DNA from: Eledone cirrhosa | Taxonomy: Eukaryota | Assembly: GCA_964016885.1 (NCBI GenBank) | Contig: OZ024741.1 | Location: forward strand, 223,200,001-223,264,000 | Reading direction: 5' to 3' | Length of the DNA: 64,000 nucleotides | In this document: positions 1 to 12,000 of the stretch, piece after piece | Position numbering within the stretch: position 1 is the first letter of the stretch | Layout: every line of letters starts with the position of its first letter | Program-made: the position numbers and the translations under genes | The notes under the pieces: generated by a model | What the model saw: the letters and a program-made list of their open reading frames with translations, nothing else | Database searches by the model: none | Told to the model about the DNA's origin: nothing

Positions 1-3000
1 GGGAAAGGTTACTAGCTGGGGAAAGGTTACTGGCCGGGGAAAGATTACTGGCTGGGGAAAGGTTACTGGTCAGAGAAAGGTTACTGGCTGGGGAAAGGTT
101 ACTGGCTGGGGAAAGGTTACTGGCTGGGGAAAGGTTACTGGCCGGGGAAAGGTTACTGGCTGGGGAAAGATTACTGGCTGGGGAAAGGTTACTGGTCAGA
201 GAAAGGTTACTGGCCGGGGAAAGGTTACTGGCTGGGGAAAGATTACTGGCTGGGGAAAGGTTACTGGCCAGAGAAAGGTTACTGGCTGGGGAAAGGTTAC
301 TGGCTGGGGAAAGGTTACTAGCCAGAGAAAGGTTACTGGCTGGGGAAAGGTTACTGGCTGGGGAAAGGTTACAAGCCAGAGAAAGGTCACTGGCTGGGGA
401 AAGGTTACTGGCTGGGGAAAGGTTACTAGCCAGAGAAAGGTTACTGGCTGGGGAAAGGTTACTGGCTGGGGAAAGGTTACTAGCCAGAGAAAGGTTACTG
501 GCTGGGGAAAGGTTACTGGCTGGGGAAAGGTTACTAGCCAGAGAAAGGTTACTGGCTGGGGAAAGGTTACTGGCTGGGGAAAGGTTACTAGCCAGAGAAA
601 GGTTACTGGCTGGGGAAAGGTTACTGGCCGGGGAAAGGTTACTGGCTGGGGAAAGGTTACTGGCTGGGGAAAGGTTACTGGTCAGAGAAAGGTTACTGGC
701 TGGGGAAAGGTTACTGGCCGGGGAAAGGTTACTGGCCAGGGAAAGGTTACTAGCCAGAGAAAGGTTACTGGCTGGGGAAAGGTTACTGGCTGGGGAAAGG
801 TTACTGGTCAGAGAAAGGTTACTGGCTGGGGAAAGGTTACTGGCCGGAGAAAGGTTACTGGCTGGGGAAAGGTTACTGGCCAGAGAAAGGTTATTGGCCG
901 GGGAAAGGTTACTAGCCAGAGAAAGGTTACTGGCTGGGGAAAGGTTACTGGCTGGGGAAAGGTTACTGGCCAGAGAAATGATACTGGCCGGGGAAAGGTT
1001 ACTGGCCAGAGAAAGGTTACTGGCTGGGGAAATGTTACTGGCCGGGGAAAGGTTACTGGCCGGGGAAAGGTTACTGGCTGGGGAAAGGTTACTGGCTGGG
1101 GAAAGGTTACTGGTCAGAGAAAGGTTACTGGCTGGGGAAAGGTTACTGGCCGGGGAAAGGTTACTGGCCGGGGAAAGGTTACTGGCCAGAGAAAGGTTAC
1201 TGGCTGGGGATAGGTTACTGGCTGGGGAAAGGTTACTGGCTGGGGAAAGGTTACTGGCCAGAGAAATGATACTGGCCGGGGAAATGTTACTGGCCGGGGA
1301 AAGGTTACTGGCCGGGGAAAGGTTACTGGCCAGAGAAAGGATACTGGCCGGGGAAAGGTTACTGGCCAGAGAAAGGATACTGGCTGGGGAAAGGTTACTG
1401 GCCGGAGAAAGGTTACTGGCCAGAGAAAGGTTACTGGCCAGAGAAAGGTTACTAGCCGGGGAAAGGTTACTGGCCGGGGAAAGGTTATTGGCCAGAGAAA
1501 GGTTACTGGCCAGAGAAAGGTTACTAGCCGGGGAAAGGTTACTGGCCAGAGAAAGGTTACTAGCCAGAGAAAGGTTACTGGCCGGGGAAAGGTTACTGGC
1601 CGGGGAAAGGTTACTGGCCAGAGAAAGATTACTGGCCAGAGAAAGGTTACTGGCCAGAAAAAGGTTACTGGCCAGAGAAAGGTTACTGGCTGGGGAAAGG
1701 TTACTGGCCGGAGAAAGGTTACTGGCCAGAGAAAGGTTACTGGCCAGAGAAAGGTTACTGGCCGGGGAAAGGTTACTGGCCAGAGAAAGGTTACTGGCCA
1801 GAGAAAGGTTACTGGCCAGAAAAAGGTTACTGGCTAGAGAAAGGTTACTGGCTGGGGAAAGGTTACTGGCTGGGGAAAGGTTACTGGCTGGGGAAAGGTT
1901 ACTGGCCAGAGAAAGGTTACTGGCCGTGGAAAGGTTACTGGCCAGAAAAAGGTTACTGGCCAGAGAAAGGTTACTGGCTGGGGAAAGGTTACTGGCCGGG
2001 GAAAGGTTACTGGCCAGAGAAAGGTTACTGGCCAGAGAAAGGTTACTGGCTGGGGAAAGGTTACTGGCTGGGGAAAGGCTACTGGCTCGGGAAAGGATAC
2101 TGGCTGGGGAAAGGTTACTGGCCAGAGAAAGGTTACTAGCCGGGGAAAGGTTACTGGCCAGAGAAAGGTTACTGGCTGGGGAAAGGTTACTGGCCGGAGA
2201 AAGGTTACTGGCCAGAGAAAGGTTACTGGCCGAGGAAAGGTTACTGGCTGGGGAAAGGTTACTGGCTGGGGAAAGGTTACTGGCCAGAGAAAGGTTACTG
2301 GCCGGAGAAAGGTTACTGGCCGGAGAAAGGTTACTGGCTGGGGAAAGGTTACTGTCTGGGGAAAGGTTACTGGCCAGAGAAAGGTTACTGGCCGGGGAAA
2401 GGTTACTGGCCGGAGAAAGGTTACTGGCTGGGGAAAGGTTACTGGCCGGAGAAAGGTTACTGGCTGGGGAAAGGTTACTGGCCGGAGAAAGGTTACTGGC
2501 TGGGGAAAGGTTACTGGCTGGGGAAAGGTTACTGGCCGGAGAAAGGTTACTGGCCGAGGAAAGGTTACTGGCTGGGGAAAGGTTACTGGCTGGGGAAAGG
2601 TTACTGGCCAGAGAAAGGTTACTGGCCGAGGAAAGGTTACTGGCTGGGGAAAGGTTACTGGCTGGGGAAAGGTTACTGGCTGGGGAAAGGTTACTGGCCG
2701 GAGAAAGGTTACTGGCCAGAGAAAGGTTACTAGCCGAGGAAAGGTTACTGGCTGGGGAAAGGTTACTGGCCGGAGAAAGGTTACTGGACAGAGAAAGGTT
2801 ACTGGCCGGGGAAAGGTTACTGGCCGAGGAAAGGTTACTGGCTGGGGAAAGGTTACTGGCTGGGGAAAGGTTACTGGCCAGAGAAAGGTTACTGGCCAGA
2901 GAAAGGTTACTAGCCGAGGAAAGGTTACTGGCTGGGGAAAGGTTACTGGCCAGAGAAAGGTTACTGGCTAGAGAAAGGTTACTGGCTGGGGAAAGGTTAC

Positions 3001-6000
3001 TGGCTGGGGAAAGGTTACTGGCCAGAGAAAGGTTACTGGCCAGAGAAAGGTTACTGGCCAGAGAAAGGTTACTGGCAGGGGAAGGTTAATCGCCGAGGAA
3101 AGGCTACTCACCGTACAAAGGTTACTAGCCAGAGAAAGGTTACTGGCCGGGGAAAGGTTACTGGCCAGAGAAAGGTTACTGGCCGAGGAAAGGTTACTGG
3201 CCGGGGAAAGGTTACTGGCTGGAGAAAAGTTACTGGCCGGGGAAAGGTTACTAGCCAGAGAAAGGTTACTGGCCAGAGAAAGGTAACTAGCCAGAGAAAG
3301 GTTACTGGCCAGGGAAAGGTTACTAGCCAGAGAAAGGTTACTGGCCAGAGAAAGGTTACTAGCCAGAGAAAGGTAACTGGCCAGAGAAAGGTTACTGGCC
3401 AGAGAAAGGTTACTGACTGGGGAAAGGTTACTGGCCAGAGAAAGGTTAGTGGCTGGGGAAAGGTTACTGGCCAGAGAAAGGTTACTGGCTAGGGAAAGGT
3501 TACTGGCCAGAGAAAGGTTACTGGCTGGGGAAAGGTTACTGGCCAGAGAAAGGTTACTGGCCGGGGAAAGGTTACTGGCAAGAGAAAGGTTACTGGCTGG
3601 GGAAAGGTTACTGGCCAGAGAAAGGTTACTGGCCAGAGAAAGGTTACTGGCCAGAGAAAGGTTACTGGCTAGGGAAAGGTTACTGGCCAGAGAAAGGTTA
3701 CTGGCTAGGGAAAGGTTACTGGCCAGAGAAAGGTTACTGGCTGGGGAAAGGTTACTGGCCAGAGAAAGGTTACTGGCCGGGGAAAGGTTACTGGCTGGGG
3801 AAAGATTACTGGCCGGGGAAAGGTTACTGGCCAGAGAAAGGTTACTGGCTGGGGAAAGGTTACTGGCCAGAGAAAGGTTACTGGCTGGGGAAAGGTTACT
3901 GGCCAGAGAAAGGTTACTGGCCAGAGAAAGGTTACTGACTGGGGAAAGGTTACTGGCCAGAGAAAGGTTAGTGGCTGGGGAAAGGTTACTGGCCAGAGAA
4001 AGGTTACTGGCTAGGGAAAGGTTACTGGCCAGAGAAAGGTTACTGGCTGGGGAAAGGTTACTGGCCAGAGAAAGGTTACTGGCCGGGGAAAGGTTACTGG
4101 CAAGAGAAAGGTTACTGGCTGGGGAAAGGTTACTGGCCAGAGAAAGGTTACTGGCCAGAGAAAGGTTACTGACTGGGGAAAGGTTACTGGCCAGAGAAAG
4201 GTTAGTGGCTGGGGAAAGGTTACTGGCCAGAGAAAGGTTACTGGCTAGGGAAAGGTTACTGGCCAGAGAAAGGTTACTGGCTGGGGAAAGGTTACTGGCC
4301 AGAGAAAGGTTACTGGCCGGGGAAAGGTTACTGGCTGGGGAAAGATTACTGGCCGGGGAAAGGTTACTGGCCAGAGAAAGGTTACTGGCTGGGGAAAGGT
4401 TACTGGCCAGAGAAAGGTTACTGGCTGGGGAAAGGTTACTGGCCAGAGAAAGGTTACTGGCCAGAGAAAGGTTACTGGCTGGGGAAAGGTTACTGGCCAG
4501 AGAAAGGTTACTAGCCCGGGAAAGATTACTGGCCAGAGAAAGGTTACTGGCTGGGGAAAGGTTACTGGCCAGAGAAAGGTTACTGGCCAGAGAAAGGTTA
4601 CTGGCTGGGGAAAGGTTACTGGCCAGAGAAAGGTTACTAGCCCGGGAAAGATTACTGGCCAGAGAAAGGTTACTGGCTGGGGAAAGGTTACTGGCCAGAG
4701 AAAGGTTACTGGCTGGGGAAAGGTTACTGGCCAGAGAAAGGTTACTGGCCAGAGAAAGGTTACTGGCTGGGGAAAGGTTACTGGCCAGAGAAAGGTTACT
4801 GGCTGGGGAAAGGTTACTGGCCAGAGAAAGGTTACTGGCCAGAGAATGGTTACTGGCTGGGGAAAGGTTATTAGCCAGAGAAAGGTTACTGGCCAGAGAA
4901 TGGTTACTGGCTGGGGAAAGGTTACTGGCCAGAGAAAGGTTACTGGCCAGAGAATGGTTACTGGCTGGGGAAAGGTTACTGGCCAGAGAAAGGTTACTGG
5001 CCAGAGAATGGTTACTGGCTGGGGAAAGGTTATTAGCCAGAGAAAGGTTACTGGCTGGGGAAAGGTTACTGGCCAGAGAAAGGTTACTGGCCAGAGAATG
5101 GTTACTGGCTGGGGAAAGGTTATTAGCCAGAGAAAGGTTACTGGCTGGGGAAAGGTTACTGGCCAGAGAAAGGTTACTGGCCAGAGAAAGGTTACTAGCC
5201 AGAGAAAGGTTACTGGCCAGAGAAAGGTTACTGGCCAGAGAAAGGTTACTAGCCCGGGAAAGATTACTGGCCAGAGAAAGGTTACTGGCTGGGGAAAGGT
5301 TACTGGCTGGGGAAAGGTTACTGGCCAGAGAAAGGTTACTGGCCAGAGAAAGGTTACTAGCCAGAGAAAGGTTACTGGCCAGAGAAAGGTTACTGGCCAG
5401 AGAAAGGTTACTAGCCCGGGAAAGATTACTGGCCAGAGAAAGGTTACTGGCTGGGGAAAGGTTACTGGCCAGAGAAAGGTTACTGGCCAGAGAATGGTTA
5501 CTGGCTGGGGAAAGGTTACTGGCCAGAGAAAGGTTACTAGCCAGAGAAAGGTTACTGGCCAGAGAAAGGTTACTGGCCAGAGAAAGGTTACTAGCCCGGG
5601 AAAGATTACTGGCCAGAGAAAGGTTACTGGCTGGGGAAAGGTTACTGGCCAGAGAAAGGTTACTAGCCAGAGAAAGGTTACTGGCCAGAGAAAGGTTACT
5701 GGCCGGGGAAAGGTTACTGGCCGAGGAAAGGTTACTGGCTAGAGAAAGGTTACAGGCTGGGGAAAGGTTACTGGCCGGGGAAAGGTTACTGGCTAGAGAA
5801 AGGTTACAGGCTGGGGAAAGGTTACTGGCTGGGGAAAGGTTACTGGCTAGAGAAAGGTTACTGGCTGGGGAAAGGTTACTGGCTAGAGAAAGGTTACTGG
5901 CTGGGGAAAGGTTACTGGCCGGGGAAAGGTTACTGGCTAGAGAAAGGTTACTGGCTGGGGAAAGGTTACTGGCTAGAGAAAGGTTACAGGCTGGGGAAAG

Positions 6001-9000
6001 GTTACTGGCCGGGGAAAGGTTACTGGCTAGAGAAAGGTTACTGGCTGGGGAAAGGTTACTGGCTAGAGAAAGGTTACAGGCTGGGGAAAGGTTACTGGCT
6101 GGGGAAAGGTTACTGGCTAGAGAAAGGTTACTGGCCGGGGAAAGGTTACTGGCTAGAGAAAGGTTACTGGCTGGGGAAAGGTTACTGGCTAGAGAAAGGT
6201 TACTGGCCGGGGAAAGGTTACTGGCTAGAGAAAGGTTACAGGCTGGGGAAAGGTTACTGGCCGGGGAAAGGTTACTGGCTAGAGAAAGGTTACAGGCTGG
6301 GGAAAGGTTACTGGCTGGGGAAAGGTTACTGGCTAGAGAAAGGTTACTGGCTGGGGAAAGGTTACTGGCTAGAGAAAGGTTACTGGCTGGGGAAAGGTTA
6401 CTGGCTAGAGAAAGGTTACTGGCCGGGGAAAGGTTACTGGCTAGAGAAAGGTTACTGGCTGGGGAAAGGTTACTGGCTAGAGAAAGGTTACTGGCCGGGG
6501 AAAGGTTACTGGCTAGAGAAAGGTTACAGGCTGGGGAAAGGTTACTGGCCGGGGAAAGGTTACTGGCTAGAGAAAGGTTACAGGCTGGGGAAAGGTTACT
6601 GGCTGGGGAAAGGTTACTGGCTAGAGAAAGGTTACTGGCCGGGGAAAGGTTACTGGCTAGAGAAAGGTTACTGGCTGGGGAAAGGTTACTGGCTAGAGAA
6701 AGGTTACTGGCCGGGGAAAGGTTACTGGCTAGAGAAAGGTTACAGGCTGGGGAAAGGTTACTGGCCGGGGAAAGGTTACTGGCTAGAGAAAGGTTACAGG
6801 CTGGGGAAAGGTTACTGGCTGGGGAAAGGTTACTGGCTAGAGAAAGGTTACTGGCTGGGGAAAGGTTACTGGCCAGAGAAAGGTTACTGGCCGGGGAAAG
6901 GTTACTGGCTGGGGAAAGGTTACTGGCTGGGGAAAGGTTATTAGCCAGAGAAAGGTTACTGGCCGAGGAAAGGTTACTGGCTAGAGAAAGGTTACAGGCT
7001 GGGGAAAGGTTACTGGCCGGGGAAAGGTTACTGGCTAGAGAAAGGTTACAGGCTGGGGAAAGGTTACTGGCTGGGGAAAGGTTACTGGCTAGAGAAAGGT
7101 TACTGGCCGGGGAAAGGTTACTGGCCAGAGAAAGGTTACTGGCCGGGGAAAGGTTACTGGCTGGGGAAAGGTTATTAGCCAGAGAAAGGTTACTGGCCGG
7201 GGAAAGGTTATTGGCCGGGGAAAGGTTACTGGCCAGGGAAAGGTTACTGGCCAGGGAAAGGTTACTGGCCAGGGAAAGGTTACAGGCTGGAGAAAGGTTA
7301 CTGGCCGGGGAAAGGTTACTGGCCAGGGAAAGGTTACTGGCCAGGGAAAGGTTACAGGCTGGAGAAAGGTTACTGGCCGGGGAAAGGTTATTGGCCGGGG
7401 AAAGTTTACTAGCCAGAGAAAGGTTACTGGCCAGGGAAAGGTTACCGGCTAGAGAAAGGTTACTGGCTGGGGAAAGGTTACTGGCTAGAGAAAGGTTACT
7501 GGCCGGGGAAAGGTTACTGGCTGGGGAAAGGTTACTGGCTGGGGAAAGGTTATTAGCCAGAGAAAGGTTACTGGCCGGGGAAAGGTTATTGGCCGGGGAA
7601 AGGTTACTGGCCAGGGAAAGGTTACTGGCCAGGGAAAGGTTACTGGCCAGGGAAAGGTTACAGGCTGGAGAAAGGTTACTGGCCGGGGAAAGGTTACTGG
7701 CCGGGGAAAGGTTACTGGCCAGGGAAAGGTTACTGGCCAGGGAAAGGTTACAGGCTGGAGAAAGGTTACTGGCCGGGGAAAGGTTACTGGCCAGGGAAAG
7801 GTTACTGGCCAGGGAAAGGTTACAGGCTGGAGAAAGGTTACTGGCCGGGGAAAGGTTATTGGCCGGGGAAAGTTTACTAGCCAGAGAAAGGTTACTGGCC
7901 AGGGAAAGGTTACTGGCCGGGGAAAGGTTACTGGCCAGAGAAAGGTTACTGGCTGGGGAAAGGTTATTAGCCAGAGAAAGGTTACTGGCCAGGGAAAGGT
8001 TATTGGCCGGGGAAAGTTTACTGGCCAGAGAAAGGTTACTGGCCAGGGAAAGGTTACTGGCCAGAGAAAGGTTACTGGCCAGAGAATGGTTACTGGCTGG
8101 GGAAAGGTTACTGGCCAGAGAAAGGTTACTAGCCAGAGAAAGGTTACTGGCCAGAGAAAGGTTACTGGCCGGGGAAAGGTTACTGGCCGAGGAAAGGTTA
8201 CTGGCTAGAGAAAGGTTACAGGCTGGGGAAAGGTTACTGGCCGGGGAAAGGTTACTGGCTAGAGAAAGGTTACTGGCCGGGGAAAGGTTACTGGCTAGAG
8301 AAAGGTTACTGGCTGGGGAAAGGTTACTGGCTGGGGAAAGGTTACTGGCCGGAGAAAGGTTACTGGCTAGAGAAAGGTTACTGGCTGGGGAAAGGTTACT
8401 GGCTAGAGAAAGGTTACTGGCTGGGGAAAGGTTACTGGCCGGAGAAAGGTTACTGGCTAGAGAAAGGTTACTGGCTGGGGAAAGGTTACTGGCTAGAGAA
8501 AGGTTACTGGCTGGGGAAAGGTTACTGGCTGGGGAAAGGTTACTGGCCGGAGAAAGGTTACTGGCTAGAGAAAGGTTACTGGCTGGGGAAAGGTTACTGG
8601 CTGGGGAAAGGTTACTGGCCGGAGAAAGGTTACTGGCTAGAGAAAGGTTACTGGCTGGGGAAAGGTTACTGGCTAGAGAAAGGTTACTGGCTGGGGAAAG
8701 GTTACTGGCTAGAGAAAGGTTACTGGCTGGGGAAAGGTTACTGGCCGGAGAAAGGTTACTGGCCGGGGAAAGGTTACTGGCTGGGGAAAGGTTACTGGCT
8801 GGGGAAAGGTTATTAGCCAGAGAAAGGTTACTGGCCGGGGAAAGGTTACTGGCTGGGGAAAGGTTACTGGCTGGGGAAAGGTTATTAGCCAGAGAAAGGT
8901 TACTGGCCGGGGAAAGGTTACTGGCTGGGGAAAGGTTACTGGCTGGGGAAAGGTTACTGGCCGGAGAAAGGTTACTGGCTAGAGAAAGGTTACTGGCTGG

Positions 9001-12000
9001 GGAAAGGTTACTGGCTGGGGAAAGGTTACTGGCTGGGGAAAGGTTACTGGCCGGAGAAAGGTTACTGGCTAGAGAAAGGTTACTGGCTGGGGAAAGGTTA
9101 CTGGCCGGAGAAAGGTTACTGGCCGGGGAAAGGTTACTGGCTGGGGAAAGGTTACTGGCTGGGGAAAGGTTACTGGCTGGGGAAAGGTTACTGGCCGGAG
9201 AAAGGTTACTGGCTAGAGAAAGGTTACTGGCTGGGGAAAGGTTACTGGCCGGAGAAAGGTTACTGGCCGGGGAAAGGTTACTGGCTGGGGAAAGGTTACT
9301 GGCTGGGGAAAGGTTATTAGCCAGAGAAAGGTTACTGGCCGGGGAAAGGTTACTGGCTGGGGAAAGGTTACTGGCTGGGGAAAGGTTATTAGCCAGAGAA
9401 AGGTTACTGGCCGGGGAAAGGTTACTGGCTGGGGAAAGGTTACTGGCTGGGGAAAGGTTACTGGCCGGAGAAAGGTTACTGGCTAGAGAAAGGTTACTGG
9501 CTGGGGAAAGGTTACTGGCCAGAGAAAGGTTACTGGCCGGGGAAAGGTTACTGGCTGGGGAAAGGTTACTGGCTGGGGAAAGGTTATTAGCCAGAGAAAG
9601 GTTACTGGCCGGGGAAAGGTTATTGGCCGGGGAAAGGTTACTGGCCAGGGAAAGGTTACTGGCCAGGGAAAGGTTACTGGCCAGGGAAAGGTTACAGGCT
9701 GGAGAAAGGTTACTGGCCGGGGAAAGGTTACTGGCCGGGGAAAGGTTATTGGCCGGGGAAAGTTTACTAGCCAGAGAAAGGTTACTGGCCAGGGAAAGGT
9801 TACTGGCCAGGGAAAGGTTACTGGCTGGAGAAAGGTTACTGGCTGGGGAAAGGTTACTGGCCAGAGAAAGGTTACTGGCTGGGGAAAGGTTACTGGCTAG
9901 AGAAAGGTTACTGGCCGGGGAAAGGTTACTGGCTGGGGAAAGGTTACTGGCCAGAGAAAGGTTACTGGCTGGGGAAAGGTTACTGGCCAGAGAAAGGTTA
10001 CTGGCTGGGGAAAGGTTATTAGCCAGAGAAAGGTTACTGGCCAGGGAAAGGTTATTGGCCGGGGAAAGTTTACTAGCCAGAGAAAGGTTACTGGCCAGGG
10101 AAAGGTTACTGGCCGGGGAAAGGTTACTGGCTGGGGAAAGGTTATTAGCCAGAGAAAGGTTACTAGCCGGGTAAAGGTTACTGGCAGGGGAAAGGTTACC
10201 GGCTAGAGAAAGGTTACTGGCTGGGGAAAGGTTACTGGCTAGAGAAAGGTTACTGGCCGGGGAAAGGTTACTGGCTGGGGAAAGGTTACTGGCTGGGGAA
10301 AGGTTACTGGCCAGAGAAAGGTTACTGGCTGGGGAAAGGTTACTGGCCAGAGAAAGGTTACTGGCTGGGGAAAGGTTATTAGCCAGAGAAAGGTTACTAG
10401 CCGGGTAAAGGTTACTGGCAGGGGAAAGGTTACTGGCTAGAGAAAGGTTACTGGCTGGGGAAAGGTTACTGGCTAGAGAAAGGTTACTGGCCGGGGAAAG
10501 GTTACTGGCTGGGGAAAGGTTACTGGCCAGGGAAAGGTTACTGGCCAGAGAAAGGTTACTAGCCGGGGAAAGGCTACTGGCTGGAGAAATGTTACTGGCC
10601 GAGGAAAGGTTAGTGGCCGGGGAAAGGTTACTGGCCGGGGAAAGGTTACTGGCCAGAGAAAGGTTACTGGCCGGAGAAAGGTTACAGGCTGGGGAAAGGT
10701 TACTAGCCGGGGAAAGGTTAAAGGCTGGGGAAAGGTTACTGGCCAGGGAAAGGTTACTAGCCAGAGAAAGGTTACTGGCTAGAGAAAGGTTACTGGCCAG
10801 AGAAGGGTTACTGGCCAGAGAAAGGTTACTGGCCGGAGAAAGGTTACAGGCTGGGGAAAGGTTACTAGCCGGGGAAAGGTTAAAGGCTGGGGAAAGGTTA
10901 CTGGCCAGGGAAAGGTTACTAGCCAGAGAAAGGTTACTGGCTAGAGAAAGGTTACTGGCCAGAGAAGGGTTACTGGCCAGAGAAAGGTTACTGGCCGGAG
11001 AAAGGTTACTGGCCAGAGAAAGGTTACTGGCCAGAGAAAGGTTACTGGCCGGGGAAAGGTTACTAGCCGGGGAAAGATTACTGGCCAGAGAAAGGTTACT
11101 GGCCGGAGAAAGGTTACTGGCCAGAGAAAGGTTACTGGCCGGAGAAAGGTTACTGGCCGGGGAAAGGTTACTGGCCAGGGAAAGGTTACTAGCCAGAGAA
11201 AGGTTACTGGCTGGAGAAAGGTTACTGGCCAGAGAAAGGTTACTGGCCGGAGAAAGGTTACTGGCCAGAGAAAGGTTACTGGCCAGAGAAAGGTTACTAG
11301 CCAGAGAAAGGTTACTGGCTAGAGAAAGGTTACTAGCCAGAGAAAGGTTACTGGCCAGAGAAAGGTTACTAGCCAGAGAAAGGTTACTGGCCAGAGAAAG
11401 GTTACTAGCCAGAGAAAGGTTACTAGCCAGAGAAAGGTTACTGGCTAGAGAAAGGTTACTAGCTGGGGAAAGGTTACTGGCCAGAGAAAGGTTACTGGCC
11501 GGAGAAAGGTTACTGGCCGGGGAAAGGTTACTGGCCAGAGAAAGGTTACTGGCCGGGGAAAGGTTACTGGCCAGAGAAAGGTTACTGGCCAGAGAAAGGT
11601 TACTAGCCAGAGAAAGGTTACTGGCCAGAGAAAGGTTACTAGCTGGGGAAAGGTTACTGGCCAGAGAAAGGTTACTGGCCGGAGAAAGGTTACTGGCTGG
11701 GGAAAGGTTACTGGCTGGGGAAAGGTTACTGGCCAGAGAAAGGTTACTGGCCGGAGAAAGGTTACTGGCCGGGGAAAGGTTACTGGCCGGGGAAAGGTTA
11801 CTGGCTGGGGAAAGGTTACTGGCCAGAGAAAGGTTACTGGCCGGAGAAAGGTTACTGGCCGGGGAAAGGTTACTGGCCGGGGAAAGGTTACTGGCTGGGG
11901 AAAGGTTACTGGCTGGGGAAAGGTTACTGGCCGAAGAAAGGTTACTGGCTGGGGAAAGGTTTCTGGCCAGGGAAAGGTTATTGGCCGGGGAAAGTTTACT

